The notes beneath the pieces were generated by a model, which worked only from the letters and a program-made list of their open reading frames with translations, was not told where the DNA came from and did no database searches. Source: Gammaproteobacteria bacterium (GTDB taxonomy: Bacteria > Pseudomonadota > Gammaproteobacteria > Pseudomonadales > JADFDG01). Taken from it: a stretch of DNA of 64,000 nt. The stretch covers positions 10,099 through 74,098 of the forward strand of contig JADFDG010000012.1 of the NCBI GenBank assembly GCA_018262975.1, given 5' to 3'. The first letter of the stretch is position 1, and every line of letters begins with the position of its first letter. Shown here piece after piece: positions 1-13,302 of this stretch. The translations under genes were made by a program, and so were the position numbers.

Positions 1-370
1 CCAGTGGCCTTGGCGGCGCGGATGTGCGTGCGGAAGCGCTCGCGCTGCCACTCGGTATCGCCGGTGCACCAGTGGTAATCCAGGCCGGTCTCGCCGATGG
101 CGATGCATTTCGGGTGCGCTGCCAGCGCCAGCAGGCGCTCGAGTGTCGGCTCCTCGCCTTCCATTTCCGCCGGGTGCACTCCCACCGAGAACCAGATGTC
201 CGGGTGCGCCTCCGCGATGCTGCGCACGTCGGCCTCGTGCTCGAGGTCGATGTTGATGTTGAGCATGGCGCCGATACCGGCGGCGCGCGCCGCGTCGAGC
301 GCGCGCGACAGGTCGCCGCCGTAGGGCGTCAGCTCGAGGCGATCGAGGTGGCAGTGGGAATCGACGATCA
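1..370 (-). CDS. TatD-family metal-dependent hydrolase (YcfH-like), N-terminal part; the gene runs off the window start
   Basis: Not in the ORF track because it is open at the edge. Reverse translation from ATG 368-370 gives MIVDSHCHLDRLELTPYGG...IGETGLDYHW (TatD HxH and GLD motifs). It follows holB as ycfH does in E. coli. Confidence 0.8.
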
Positions 371-384
371 TCGGAGAACGTTAC

Positions 385-444
385 CTGTAGAGAGGGGGCC
401 ATGCCCCCGATAGCGAATGGTCGGGGGCATGGCCCCCTCTCTAC
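385..444. repeat. REPIN-like element: perfect 25-bp inverted repeat (tgtagagagggggccatgcccccga) around a 10-nt loop
   Basis: Left arm 385-409 is the exact reverse complement of right arm 420-444. The arm starts with GTAG. Near-identical copies lie at 63881-63941 and 41812-41836. Confidence 0.85.
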
Positions 445-480
445 ATCGGGATGCGGCAGGTCGGGGGCGTCGCTCCGCCG

Positions 481-843
481 TTACATGGTGTGGGTCGGGC
501 GGTCGGATTTTTCCGAGCCGGCGAGGTAGGTTTCGATCTTGCGGCGGGCGGTGTCATCCTGGTCGTTGAACTGGATCCCGATGCCCGCGGCGCGGTTGCC
601 GCCGGCGCCACGCGGGGTGATCCACACGACCTTGCCGGCCACCGGGATCTTGTCCACTTCTTCCATCAGGCTGAGCAGGATGAATACTTCCTCGCCGAGC
701 TTGTAGGGCTTGGTGGTGGGGATGAACAGCCCGCCATTGCGCACGAACGGCATGTAGGCGGCGTACAGCACGGCCTTGTCCTTGATGGTGAGCGTCATGA
801 TGCCGCTCTTGCCAGGACCGCCGGGGAGTTTCGGACTGCTCAT
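481..843 (-). CDS. pilZ: Type IV pilus assembly protein PilZ
   Basis: 120 aa. LTIKDKAVLYAAYMPFVRNGGLFIPT...AGKVVWITPRGAGGNRAAGIGIQF closely resembles Pseudomonas/Xanthomonas PilZ. Adjacent to holB as in those genomes. Confidence 0.9.
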   Translation of the reverse strand: MSSPKLPGGPGKSGIMTLTIKDKAVLYAAYMPFVRNGGLFIPTTKPYKLGEEVFILLSLMEEVDKIPVAGKVVWITPRGAGGNRAAGIGIQFNDQDDTARRKIETYLAGSEKSDRPTHTM

Positions 844-882
844 CTTGGTTAGCCTGCCTGGTGATCCGTGGTATGCCGTGAA

Positions 883-3686
<2,804 letters not shown>

Positions 3687-3699
<13 letters not shown>

Positions 3700-4523
3700 A
3701 GCGTGGCCACCTCGCCCTGCAGGCGCCGGGTGAGTTCGCCCGGCGTGTAGCGGCGGCTGCCCAGTTCACGAACCGGCCAGATGCCGACGTTGCTGTTGCA
3801 CACGAACAATTCGTCGGCGCCGTCGAGTTCCTCGCGCGCCACGTCGCGCTCGGCCACCGCGATGCCCAGCGTCAGCGCGCGCGCCAGCAGGAAGCTGCGC
3901 ATCACCCCGGCGACGCCGCAGCGGTGCAGGCGCGGCGTGACCAGCACGCCGTCGTGCACCAGGAACAGGTTGCTCATGGTGCCTTCGATCACGCGGCCGT
4001 CGATATCCAGCAGCAGGCCCTCGGCGTAGCGCGGATCGTCCCACTCCGCACGCGCCAGCACCTGCTCCAGGCGATTGAGGTGCTTGATGCCGGCCAGCGC
4101 GGGATTCAGGCCAAGACGCGTGCGGCACTCGTGCAGGGCGATGCCGTCGCGGCTGTATTCCGCCGGCCACACGCGCGACGGGAACGCCAGCAACAGGCGG
4201 CGCGGCACCGCTTCCGGCAGCGGCTGGTAGCCGCGCCCGGCGCTGCCGCGCGTGAGCAGGATCTTCAGGGTGAAATCCGGCCGTCCGGCCGCCACCTGCT
4301 CCGCCAGGAAGGCGCGCGTCTCGGCGAGCAGCGCCTCGACGTCGAGCGGCAGGCGGAGCATTTCCGCGCCACGCACCAGCCGCTGCAGGTGGCCATCGAC
4401 CAGCGCCACGCGCCCGGCACGCACGCGCACCGTCTCGAACAGGCCGTCGCCGTAGGCGAGCCCGCGGTCATCCACCGGCAGCACGGCCACCGGCTTCCCG
4501 TCCACCCAGCTGGCCAGCAGCAT
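3687..4523 (-). CDS. pabC: Aminodeoxychorismate lyase
   Basis: Internal start of the 469-aa ORF at [12 protein letters not shown]...DRGLAYGDGLFET (class IV aminotransferase fold). Its ATG overlaps the fabF TGA (ATGA). Confidence 0.8.
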
Positions 4524-5761
4524 CAGATTTTCCGGAACACCACGGTGCCGTTGGTACCACCGAAGCCGAACGAATTCGACAGCGCGGCGTCGATGCGCAT
4601 CGGCCGGGCCACGTGCGGCACGAAATCGAGGTCGCAGTCGCTGTCCGGGTTGTCGAGGTTGATGGTCGGCGGTGCCACCTGGTCGCGGATCGACAGTACG
4701 GCGATGATCGCCTCGATCGCGCCGGCAGCACCCAGCAGGTGGCCGTGCATGGACTTGGTGGAACTCACCGCCACCTTGCCGGACTGTGCGCCGTAAACGC
4801 TCTTCACCGCGCGCGCCTCGGCGATGTCGCCGGCCGGCGTGGAGGTGCCATGGGCGTTGATGTACTGAACCTGCTCCGGGTTGAGCCCGGCATCGCGCAG
4901 CGCGTTGCGCATGGACATGGCGGCACCGCCACCGTCGTCCGGCGGCGAGGTCATGTGGAAGGCATCGTCGCTCATGCCGAAGCCGACCAGTTCGGCCAGG
5001 ATGTTCGCGCCGCGTTTCTTCGCGTGTTCGTATTCCTCCAGCACGACCGCACCGGCGCCGTCGCCCAGCACGAAGCCGTCGCGGTCCTTGTCCCACGGGC
5101 GGCTGGCGCGCGTCGGGTCGTCATTGCGGGTGGACAGCGCACGCGCGGCACCGAAGCCGCCCATGCCCAGTTGCGTGGAGGCTTTTTCCGCGCCACCGGC
5201 GATCATCACGTCGGCTACGCCCAGCTGGATCTGCTGCGCGGCAATGCCGATGCAGTGCGTACCGGTGGTGCAGGCGGTGGTAATGGCCAGGTTCGGCCCC
5301 TTGAAGCCGCACTGGATGGCGAGATTGCCGGCGATCATGTTGATGATGGTGCCCGGCACGAAGAACGGCGATACCTTGCGCGGGCCGCTGGCGGCGATCA
5401 GCGCGCAGGTTTCCTCGATGTTCGACAGGCCGCCGATGCCCGAGCCGATGGACACGCCGATGCGCGGCGCGTTCTCCTCGGTGACTTCCAGGCCCGACTG
5501 GCGGAAGGCCTGCAGCGCGGCCACCAGGCCGTACTGGATGAAAATGTCGTTGCGACGCGCTTCCTTGGGGTTCAGGAAACCGTCCACCGTGAAGTCCTTC
5601 ACCTGCCCGGCAAAACGGGTGCCGTAGGCCGAGGCATCCCAGTCGGCGATCGGCGCGATGCCGCTGCGACCGGCCAGCAGGCCCTGCCAGGTATCCTCGA
5701 CGGTGTTGCCCAGGGGGGTCACCATGCCCATGCCGGTGACGACGACTCGACGCCTGCTCAC
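4523..5761 (-). CDS. fabF: 3-oxoacyl-ACP synthase II
   Basis: 412 aa. RRVVVTGMG, active-site [14 protein letters not shown] and GHLLGAAG motifs. Confidence 0.95.
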   Translation of the reverse strand: MSRRRVVVTGMGMVTPLGNTVEDTWQGLLAGRSGIAPIADWDASAYGTRFAGQVKDFTVDGFLNPKEARRNDIFIQYGLVAALQAFRQSGLEVTEENAPRIGVSIGSGIGGLSNIEETCALIAASGPRKVSPFFVPGTIINMIAGNLAIQCGFKGPNLAITTACTTGTHCIGIAAQQIQLGVADVMIAGGAEKASTQLGMGGFGAARALSTRNDDPTRASRPWDKDRDGFVLGDGAGAVVLEEYEHAKKRGANILAELVGFGMSDDAFHMTSPPDDGGGAAMSMRNALRDAGLNPEQVQYINAHGTSTPAGDIAEARAVKSVYGAQSGKVAVSSTKSMHGHLLGAAGAIEAIIAVLSIRDQVAPPTINLDNPDSDCDLDFVPHVARPMRIDAALSNSFGFGGTNGTVVFRKI

Positions 5762-5857
5762 GCGCTTCTCCTTCGGATCGTTTGACGCGACTCACGTCGC
5801 GGGCAGGCGATCATGCCGGCCCCGCGTGTCGATTGTGCAACAGCCCGGCCATAAATG

Positions 5858-5893
5858 AAAAAAGCCGCGTACACCCCAGGGTGTACCGCGGCT
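5858..5893 (-). terminator. Hairpin plus U-run after acpP (likely acpP-fabF attenuating terminator)
   Basis: On the minus strand, gccgcggtacacc-ctgg-ggtgtacgcggc is followed by tttttt. Confidence 0.65.
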
Positions 5894-5914
5894 TTCCCGG
5901 CCTGTCTCGTCGGA

Positions 5915-6154
5915 TTAGGACTTGACGTGGGCCTTGACGTAGTCGATGGCGGACTGGACGGTACCGATCTTCTCGGCTTCCTCGTCCGGGATTTCCGTCT
6001 CGAATTCCTCTTCGAGGGCCATGACGAGCTCGACCGTGTCCAGAGAATCAGCGCCCAGGTCTTCGACGAAGGAAGCCTCCGGGACAACGTCCTCGGGCTT
6101 CACGCCGAGTTGCTCAACGATGATCTTCTTGACGCGTTCTTCGATGCTGCTCAT
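5915..6154 (-). CDS. acpP: Acyl carrier protein
   Basis: 79 aa. [18 protein letters not shown]...[19 protein letters not shown] (phosphopantetheine Ser in DSLD). Confidence 0.97.
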   Translation of the reverse strand: MSSIEERVKKIIVEQLGVKPEDVVPEASFVEDLGADSLDTVELVMALEEEFETEIPDEEAEKIGTVQSAIDYVKAHVKS

Positions 6155-6307
6155 TTGGCAAAACTCTCCTGTTTCGAAGGGTGTCCCTTCAGCGCCGGCT
6201 ATTCTAGGTAGCCCCCGGGGGGCTTTCAAGTTTGGCCGGACGCCTAAGGTAACCAGTTGTTTCGCCTGCAACCGATTGATTAACAACAGGTTTCAGGCGA
6301 AATACAC

Positions 6308-7048
6308 TCACATGTACATGCCGCCGTTCACCGGAATGGTCGCCCCGGTGATGTAGCCGGCGGCGTCGCTGGCCAGGAAAGCCACCGCAGCGGCGATCTC
6401 GTTGGCCTGCCCCAGGCGACCCAGCGGGATCTGGCCGAGCAGCGCCTCGCGCTGGGCTTCGGGCAGTTCCTTCGTCATGTCGGTGTCGATGAAACCCGGC
6501 GCCACGGCGTTGACCGTGATGTTGCGCGAGCCCACTTCACGCGCCAGCGCGCGGGTGAAACCTTCCAGGCCGGCCTTGGCGGCGGCGTAGTTGGTCTGGC
6601 CGCCGTTGCCCATGGCGCCCACCACCGAGCCAATGCTGATGATGCGGCCATGGCGCGCCTTCATCATGCCGCGCAGCACGCCCTTGGACAGGCGGTACAG
6701 GCCGGTGAGGTTGGTGTTGATGACGTCTTCCCACTCATCGTCCTTCATGCGCATGAGCAGGTTGTCGCGGGTGATGCCGGCGTTGTTGACCAGGATGGTC
6801 GGCACGCCGAAGTGTTCCTCGATGGCGGCCAGCGCGTGCGCTACCGATTCGCTGCTGGAGACGTTCAGCACCATGCCCACACCCTGGCCGCCACGGGCGG
6901 CGATGGCATCGGAAATGGCCTGCGCACCGGCGTCGCTGGTGGCGGTGCCGATGACGATGGCGCCCTGGGCACCGAGCTCCTCGGCGATGGCACGGCCGAT
7001 GCCGCGGCTGGCGCCGGTGACCAGCGCGATCTTTCCTTCCAGACGCAT
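6308..7048 (-). CDS. fabG: 3-oxoacyl-ACP reductase
   Basis: MRLEGKIALVTGASRGIGRAI and YAAAKAG SDR motifs. GGAGG lies 8 nt upstream of ATG 7048, so the longer ORF start at 7063 is rejected. Confidence 0.95.
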   Translation of the reverse strand: MRLEGKIALVTGASRGIGRAIAEELGAQGAIVIGTATSDAGAQAISDAIAARGGQGVGMVLNVSSSESVAHALAAIEEHFGVPTILVNNAGITRDNLLMRMKDDEWEDVINTNLTGLYRLSKGVLRGMMKARHGRIISIGSVVGAMGNGGQTNYAAAKAGLEGFTRALAREVGSRNITVNAVAPGFIDTDMTKELPEAQREALLGQIPLGRLGQANEIAAAVAFLASDAAGYITGATIPVNGGMYM

Positions 7049-7052
7049 GGTT

Positions 7053-7997
7053 TCAACCTCCATTGGCGGCCGCCAGCGCGGCCTCGAGCGATTCGGGATC
7101 CTGCACGCAGACGCACTCGGCGTCCTTCGCCACGCGCTTGTTCAGGCCGGTAAGCACCTTGCCGGGGCCGCACTCGACCACCAGCTGCGCGCCCTCGCCG
7201 GCCAGCTTGCCGACCGTCTCCACCCAGCGCACCGGCGAATACAGCTGGCGCACCAGCGCGTCGCGCACGGCGTCGGCGGACGCCGCCACGCTGACGTCGA
7301 CGTTGTTGATCACCGGCACCGGCGGCACCACGATCGCCAGCTCCTTCAGGCGCACGGCGAGTTTTTCCGCGGCCGGCTTCATCAGCGCGCAGTGCGACGG
7401 CACGCTCACCGGCAGCGCCACGGCGCGCTTGGCACCGGCGGCCTTGCAGGCCTCGATGGCACGCTCGACGGCGGCCTTGCTGCCGGCGATCACCACCTGG
7501 CCAGGCGCGTTGAGGTTCACGGCTTCCACCACGTCGCCCTGCGCGGCCTGCGCGCACGCGGCACGCACCGCGTCGTCCTCGAGACCGAGGATCGCCGCCA
7601 TCGCGCCGGTGCCGGCCGGCACCGCTTCCTGCATCAGGCGGCCGCGCTCGGCCACCAGCTTCACGCCATCGGCCAGCGACAACGCGCCGGCGGCGACCAG
7701 CGCCGAGTATTCACCGAGGCTGTGGCCGGCCATCATTGCCGGCACCGCGCCGCCACGTTCGCGCCAGGCGCGATACACCGCCACGCCGGCGGTGAGCAGC
7801 GCCGGCTGCGTGTAGCGGGTGTCATTGAGTTTTTCCTCCGGACCCTGCTGGGCGAGCGCCCACAGGTCTTCGCCGAGCGCCTGCGAGGCCTCGTCGAAGG
7901 TAGCCCGCACCACCGGCAGCGCGGCGCCGAGCGCCGCCAGCATGCCGACCGATTGCGAACCCTGGCCGGGGAATACGAAGACCGTCTTCTTGCTCAT
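7053..7997 (-). CDS. fabD: Malonyl-CoA:ACP transacylase
   Basis: Internal start [29 protein letters not shown] active site. Its ATG overlaps the plsX TGA. Confidence 0.95.
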   Translation of the reverse strand: MSKKTVFVFPGQGSQSVGMLAALGAALPVVRATFDEASQALGEDLWALAQQGPEEKLNDTRYTQPALLTAGVAVYRAWRERGGAVPAMMAGHSLGEYSALVAAGALSLADGVKLVAERGRLMQEAVPAGTGAMAAILGLEDDAVRAACAQAAQGDVVEAVNLNAPGQVVIAGSKAAVERAIEACKAAGAKRAVALPVSVPSHCALMKPAAEKLAVRLKELAIVVPPVPVINNVDVSVAASADAVRDALVRQLYSPVRWVETVGKLAGEGAQLVVECGPGKVLTGLNKRVAKDAECVCVQDPESLEAALAAANGG

Positions 7998-9025
7998 TTC
8001 CTTTCTTCTCCATCGACTGCGGCGCCCAGGCGCTGGCCGACCAGTGCGGGGACGTTCTTGTCCACCTCGTGCACGGCCACGCCGAGGGCGTTGGCAAAAC
8101 TCTTCACGTCGGCGCTGCCGTGGCTCTTGATGACGATGCCGTTGAGGCCCACCAGCGAGGCGCCGTTGTAGCGGCCCGGATCCATCTCGCGCTTCAGCCC
8201 GTTGAGCACCGGCAACGCCAGCAGGCCGCTGATCATGGTCAGCGGGTTGCGCTTGATCTGGCGCTTGATCATCTCGCCGATCATCTTCGCCACGCCCTCG
8301 GTGGTCTTCAGCGCGACGTTGCCGACGAACCCGTCGCACACCACCACGTCGGCGTGGCCCTTGAAGATGCCGTCGCCCTCGACGAAACCGGTGTAGTTGA
8401 TCGACGGGTCGGCGGCCAGCAACTGCGCGGCGGCCTTGATCTGCTCGTTGCCCTTGATGTCTTCCTGGCCGATGTTCAGCAGCGCGACGCGCGGCCGCTC
8501 GATGCCATCGACGGCCATGGCGAGGATCGAGCCCATCACCGCGAACTGCTGCAGGTGCTCTGCAGTCGAGTCCACGTTGGCGCCCAGATCCAGCATGTGC
8601 ACGTGGCCAGTGACGGTCGGCAGCGCGGTGCAGATCGCCGGGCGATCGATGCCCGGCAGCGTTTTCAGCACGAAGCGGCTGATGGCCATCAGCGCGCCGG
8701 TGTTGCCGGCACTGACGCAGGCATCGGCCTGCTTCTCGTGCACGAGGTTGATGGCGACGCGCATGGAGGAATCGCGCTTGTTGCGCAGGGCAACGGCGAC
8801 CGGGTCGTCCATCGCCACCACCTGGCTGGCATGCGCGACGCGGATGCGCGCGTCATCGGCGCGGCCGCGCTTGCGCAGGTCTTCGCGCAGCGCCTGCTCG
8901 TCACCGACCAGCACGAGGTTCAACGAGGGAAAACGCGAAAGTGCCAGCAGCGCGGCAGGAACCGTCACCGACGGTCCGTGATCGCCACCCATGGCATCGA
9001 CGGCAACGGTGTGTGTGCGGGTCAT
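7994..9025 (-). CDS. plsX: Phosphate acyltransferase PlsX
   Basis: 343 aa. [13 protein letters not shown]-terminus and the conserved rpmF-plsX linkage. Confidence 0.95.
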   Translation of the reverse strand: MTRTHTVAVDAMGGDHGPSVTVPAALLALSRFPSLNLVLVGDEQALREDLRKRGRADDARIRVAHASQVVAMDDPVAVALRNKRDSSMRVAINLVHEKQADACVSAGNTGALMAISRFVLKTLPGIDRPAICTALPTVTGHVHMLDLGANVDSTAEHLQQFAVMGSILAMAVDGIERPRVALLNIGQEDIKGNEQIKAAAQLLAADPSINYTGFVEGDGIFKGHADVVVCDGFVGNVALKTTEGVAKMIGEMIKRQIKRNPLTMISGLLALPVLNGLKREMDPGRYNGASLVGLNGIVIKSHGSADVKSFANALGVAVHEVDKNVPALVGQRLGAAVDGEERK

Positions 9026-9055
9026 CGACGTTGTAAGTAGATGTTATGGATGCCC

Positions 9056-9093
9056 AAAAACACTTCGGGGCGCCTGAGCGCCCCGAAGTGTTT
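9056..9093 (-). terminator. Hairpin plus U-run after rpmF
   Basis: cacttcggggcgc-ctga-gcgccccgaagtg, flanked by an A-run and a T-run. On the minus strand it is followed by ttttt. Confidence 0.7.
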
Positions 9094-9100
9094 GCATTTC

Positions 9101-9283
9101 TTACTCTGCGTCGTCGGTCTTGATGACCTGGCGACCGCGGTAGAAACCGTCTTTCGTCATGTGGTGACGACGGTGCGTTTCACCGCTGGTCGGATCGACG
9201 CTGGTCGCGGCGGCGCTCAGCGAGTCGTGTGCACGGCGCATGCCACGCTTGGAGCGGGTCTTGCGGTTCTGTTGTACGGCCAT
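9101..9283 (-). CDS. rpmF: 50S ribosomal protein L32
   Basis: 60 aa. [20 protein letters not shown]. Confidence 0.97.
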   Translation of the reverse strand: MAVQQNRKTRSKRGMRRAHDSLSAAATSVDPTSGETHRRHHMTKDGFYRGRQVIKTDDAE

Positions 9284-9310
9284 CGGTCAAACTCCTGGGC
9301 AACGCCAAAT

Positions 9311-9826
9311 TCAGTCTTTCTTCAGTTTCGCGAGCACGTCGAACGGGTTCGCCTTCTGCTCCGGCTTCACCGTGGCACCGCCGGCAGCGCGATCGTAGGC
9401 GACCATGTCGCACGATTCGTGCACGGGGTACTGCGGCAAGGCCATCAGCACTTCTTCCTCGACGAGCGGGGCCAGCGCCAGGCGCTCGTCCTCTACCTCG
9501 ACGATGTCCACGTCGTCTTCCGTTTCCGGCACCTTGCCGCCCACCGCGATCGCCACCAGCGACACCTTGGCATGCACCGGGATGTCGAGCGCGCCGAGGC
9601 AGCGCTCGCAGGTGGTGTGCACGACGGTATCAACCGTACCGGAAATGCAGTTGCGGCCGTCGGCATCACGGCTGAAGTCGAGCACGACGTTCACGTCATC
9701 GGCTGTACCGACCGCAAACTCGCTGATACGCTCCAGCTGCGCTGCCACCAGGTTCCCCGACACGCGCGTGTTCGCGTCACAAAGACGGAACGGTTCGACG
9801 TATAGAGGCAAGGACCCGCGAGACAT
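9311..9826 (-). CDS. yceD: YceD/DUF177 family protein (large-subunit rRNA accumulation protein)
   Basis: Internal start MSRGSLPLYVEPFRL. C-terminal CxxxC-type metal motif region. Lies upstream of rpmF as in most Gammaproteobacteria. Confidence 0.85.
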   Translation of the reverse strand: MSRGSLPLYVEPFRLCDANTRVSGNLVAAQLERISEFAVGTADDVNVVLDFSRDADGRNCISGTVDTVVHTTCERCLGALDIPVHAKVSLVAIAVGGKVPETEDDVDIVEVEDERLALAPLVEEEVLMALPQYPVHESCDMVAYDRAAGGATVKPEQKANPFDVLAKLKKD

Positions 9827-9927
9827 AGGCGCGCAATGATAGTGACGCCCCCCAGCCCTGTCAAAGGCTTTGCAGCCCCCAAACACCGGTTTTGCAAGGC
9901 GTTTTTCCCCTGCCCAGGCCCTGCCCC

Positions 9928-10527
9928 ATGCCCGCCACGCCGCCCCTGATCCTGGCCTCCGGTTCCCGTTACCGGGCCGAACTGCTGTCCCGTCTCCACC
10001 TGCCGTTCACCACCGCCTCGCCGGGGGTAAACGAGAGTGCCCGGTCCGGGGAGACGCCGGCCGCCCTCGCCGCCCGGCTGGCCCGCGAGAAGGCCCTGGC
10101 CGTGGCCGGCCGCCTGCCCGTGGGGCTGGTGATCGGTTCCGACCAGGTGGCCGACTGTGGCGGGCAGGTGCTGGGCAAACCGGGCACCGCCGAACGGGCA
10201 TGCGCCCAGTTGCGGGCGGCCAGCGGACGGACGGTCACCTTCTGGACCGCCCTGGCGCTGGCCAACGCCGCCACCGGCCGGGTGCAGGAAGCCGTGGTGC
10301 GCTGCGACGTGGATTTCCGCGAACTGGCGGACGACGAGATCGCCCGCTACGTGGCCCTGGAGCAGCCGCTGGACTGCGCCGGCAGCTTCAAGTCCGAGGG
10401 CCTCGGGGTGGTGCTGTTCCGCCGCTACGTCACCGACGACCCCACCTCGCTGGTGGGGCTACCGTTGATCGCGCTGTGCGACATGTTGCGCAACGAGAGC
10501 GTGGCGCTGCCGCCCCTGCCGGGCTGA
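9928..10527 (+). CDS. maf: Maf-like nucleoside triphosphate pyrophosphatase (YceF-type)
   Basis: MPATPPLILASGSRYRAELL...GSDQV...AGSFKSEGLG. Divergent from yceD. Confidence 0.85.
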   Translation: MPATPPLILASGSRYRAELLSRLHLPFTTASPGVNESARSGETPAALAARLAREKALAVAGRLPVGLVIGSDQVADCGGQVLGKPGTAERACAQLRAASGRTVTFWTALALANAATGRVQEAVVRCDVDFRELADDEIARYVALEQPLDCAGSFKSEGLGVVLFRRYVTDDPTSLVGLPLIALCDMLRNESVALPPLPG

Positions 10528-10530
10528 GCC

Positions 10531-11505
10531 TCAGCGCAACTCGAGGTTGCCGCTGACACCGATGCGCTCGGCCAGTGCCGTGCCCACCTGCGCGCCAAAG
10601 CGCTCGGCCAGCTTTTCGAACGGCGAACGCTGGTAGGAATAGTCGACAATCTCCTCGACGCCGACGATGTCGCGCGCTACCCGGCTGGAAGTGCCGAGAC
10701 CATCGGCCAGGCCGAGCGCCACCGCCTGCTCGCCGGTCCAGAACAGGCCGGAGAAGACCTGCGGATCATCCTTGAGACGATCACCACGCCCTTCCTTCAC
10801 CGCGGCGATGAACTGCGCGTGGATATTGTCGAGCATGGCCTGCACGTGCTGCTTCTGCGCCGGATCGACCGGCGCGAACGGCGACAGGATGGCCTTGTTC
10901 TCGCCGGCCGTCATGGTGCGGTTTTCCACGCCAAGCTTTTGCATCAATTCTTCCGCGCCGAAGCCGTTCATGATCACGCCGATGGAGCCGACGATACTGG
11001 CCTTGTCGACGTAGATTTCATCGGCGGCCGCGGCGATGTAGTAGCCGCCGGACGCACCGACGTCGCTGATCACCGCGTAGAGCTTCTTGTCGGGATTTTC
11101 CGTGCGCAGCCGGCGCATTTCATCGTAGATGATGCCGGCCTGCACCGGGCTGCCGCCGGGGCTGTTGATGCGCACGATCACCGCCTTCGCATGCGACGCC
11201 TTGAAGGCATCGCGCAGGCCACCAATGATGGCGTCGGCACCGGCGTCACCGTCCGGCATGATCACGCCGTTCACGTCAACCAGCGCCACGTGTTCGGTGG
11301 TTGTCTCCGTGCCGTGCGGATCCGAGGACCAGGTGAGCATCAGCAGCACCGCGGCCAGGTAAGCAAAGCCCAGGAACTTGAAGAAAATGCCCCAGCGGCG
11401 CGCCTTGCGCTGCTCGTCCTGGGCGGACAGCAGCATTTTCTCGATCAGTTGCCATTCGCGCGTGGACGATGGCGGCGTCTCGGGAATCTTCAGGTCGTCA
11501 CTCAT
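10531..11505 (-). CDS. sppA: Signal peptide peptidase SppA, 36K type (S49)
   Basis: 324 aa. N-terminal TM helix, INSPGGS and ASGGYYIA serine protease motifs. Confidence 0.88.
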   Translation of the reverse strand: MSDDLKIPETPPSSTREWQLIEKMLLSAQDEQRKARRWGIFFKFLGFAYLAAVLLMLTWSSDPHGTETTTEHVALVDVNGVIMPDGDAGADAIIGGLRDAFKASHAKAVIVRINSPGGSPVQAGIIYDEMRRLRTENPDKKLYAVISDVGASGGYYIAAAADEIYVDKASIVGSIGVIMNGFGAEELMQKLGVENRTMTAGENKAILSPFAPVDPAQKQHVQAMLDNIHAQFIAAVKEGRGDRLKDDPQVFSGLFWTGEQAVALGLADGLGTSSRVARDIVGVEEIVDYSYQRSPFEKLAERFGAQVGTALAERIGVSGNLELR

Positions 11506-12200
11506 GGCAGGCTACCGGCAAGGGATTGATTGGCGAGATGGTGGCGCGCGGCCGCCATTTCAAGGATGTCGAGGATCTCGTCGAGGTGGTCGGCCAGCGC
11601 CAGCGGCGCGTGGCGCAGCAACTCATCCGCGTCATGGGCACCGTGGGTGATCCCCACCGACGGCACGCCGGCCAGGCGCGCCATCTCCAGGTCGAAGCTG
11701 GTATCGCCGATCATCACCGCCGCCGGTGCCGGGATGCGCTGCTCGGCCAGCAACTCCTCCAGCATCAGCGGGTGCGGCTTGGAGCGGGTCTCATCGGCCG
11801 TGCGCGAGGATACGAAGTAGTCGCCCAGGCCGGTATTGCGGAAGGCACGTGTCAGGCCCGGGCGGTTCTTGCCGGTGGCCACCGCCAGGCGGATACCGCG
11901 CGCGCGCAGCGCATCCAGCAGGCGTACCGCGCCATCGTAGGGACGGCAGGGGTCGTCTTCGGCGGCAATATAGTGGTGGGCATAGCGGCTGCGCAGGAAC
12001 TCGCGGGTGGCGGCATCAGTGTCCGGGTACAGCGCCAGCAATGCCTCGGGCAACCCGAGGCCGATGATCGACCGGTAACGCTCCGGCGCCAGCAGCGGCA
12101 GGCGGGTGTCGTCGGCGGCCCGGTGCAGGCACTCGACGATGCGCCCGGTCGAATCGACCAGGGTGCCGTCCCAGTCGAACACCACCAGCTCAACGGCCAT
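11502..12200 (-). CDS. HAD-IA family hydrolase (phosphoglycolate phosphatase-like)
   Basis: Internal start MAVELVVFDWDGTLVDS (DxDGT motif I), KPHP and GDTSFD motifs. Its stop overlaps the sppA ATG. Confidence 0.8.
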   Translation of the reverse strand: MAVELVVFDWDGTLVDSTGRIVECLHRAADDTRLPLLAPERYRSIIGLGLPEALLALYPDTDAATREFLRSRYAHHYIAAEDDPCRPYDGAVRLLDALRARGIRLAVATGKNRPGLTRAFRNTGLGDYFVSSRTADETRSKPHPLMLEELLAEQRIPAPAAVMIGDTSFDLEMARLAGVPSVGITHGAHDADELLRHAPLALADHLDEILDILEMAAARHHLANQSLAGSLP

Positions 12201-13215
12201 GACCGCCCTCCCCGGCGCCGGTAGTCGCAGCGGCCTCGCTGCGCAGGCGCGCCAGCAGCGCCACCAGCGGCGCATCCAGCGGCGCATCCACGCGCATGGC
12301 GCGCTCGTCGGCCGGATGGCTGAAGTCCAGGCGGGCGGCGTGCAGGAACATGCGTTTCAGGCCACGACCGCGAATGGACTTGTTGAAGGCCTCGTCGCCG
12401 TACTTGCCGTCACCGGCAATGGGGTGGCCGGCATGCTGGCAATGCACGCGGATCTGGTGGGTGCGGCCGGTCAGCAGGGTCGCCTCCACCAGCGAGCAGT
12501 CGGCATAGCGCTCCATCACCTCGAACTCGGTGACCGAGGGCTTGCCGTCGCGGGACACCCGCACCATGCGCTCGCCGGAGGACAGGGTGTTCTTCTGAAG
12601 CGGCGCCTCGATCCGGTGCTGGCGACCCTTCCAGCGACCCTTGACCAGCGCCTGGTAGACCTTGCCCATGCCCTCGTCGTCGCCCTCGGCGCGCAACTGC
12701 CGCTGCAGGGCCAGCAGCGCGCTGCGCTTCTTGGCCACCACCAGGCAGCCGGACGTGTCGCGGTCCAGGCGGTGCACCAGCTCGAGGAAACGCGCCTGCG
12801 GGCGCATCTGCCGCAGGGTCTCGATCACCCCCAGCGACACGCCGCTGCCACCGTGCACGGCCAGCCCCGCCGGCTTGTTGATGACCAGCAGGTGGTCGTC
12901 CTCATAAAGGATGGCGTCGTCGAGTGCGCGGGTCAGGCCGGCGCCCGCCACCGGCTGGGCGCTCGGCTCCGGCAGGCGCAGCGGCGGGATGCGCACCACG
13001 TCACCCATCTCGACGCGGTCCGAGGGCTTGGCGCGGCCGCCGTTGATGCGCACCTCGCCCGACCGCAGGATGCGGTAGACGAGCGTGCGCGGCACGCCCT
13101 TGAGTTCGGTAATAAGGAAATTGTCGATGCGCTGGCCGGCGGACCGCTCGTCGATCTCGACTTTGCGGGCCGCGCTGCGGGCCTGGCCGGGGCTGGAATC
13201 AGTCATGGGCGGCAT
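12190..13215 (-). CDS. rluC: 23S rRNA pseudouridine synthase RluC
   Basis: 341 aa. S4 domain (GQRIDNFL) and HRLDRDTSG catalytic motif. Divergent from rne as in E. coli and Pseudomonas. The start could instead be the ATG at 13206. Confidence 0.88.
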   Translation of the reverse strand: MPPMTDSSPGQARSAARKVEIDERSAGQRIDNFLITELKGVPRTLVYRILRSGEVRINGGRAKPSDRVEMGDVVRIPPLRLPEPSAQPVAGAGLTRALDDAILYEDDHLLVINKPAGLAVHGGSGVSLGVIETLRQMRPQARFLELVHRLDRDTSGCLVVAKKRSALLALQRQLRAEGDDEGMGKVYQALVKGRWKGRQHRIEAPLQKNTLSSGERMVRVSRDGKPSVTEFEVMERYADCSLVEATLLTGRTHQIRVHCQHAGHPIAGDGKYGDEAFNKSIRGRGLKRMFLHAARLDFSHPADERAMRVDAPLDAPLVALLARLRSEAAATTGAGEGGHGR

Positions 13216-13273
13216 TCTACCCGCAGCCCGCCCGCCGCGCCTCGCTTTTCCCGTGGCTTCAAACAGTTACGCA

Positions 13274-13302
13274 TTGTCCGACAGACTGGCCACTGCTATA
13301 GT
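13274..13302 (+). promoter_or_regulatory. Candidate sigma70 promoter for the rne leader
   Basis: TTGTCC (13274-13279), 17-nt spacer, TATAGT (13297-13302). About 555 nt upstream of the rne start. Confidence 0.4.
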
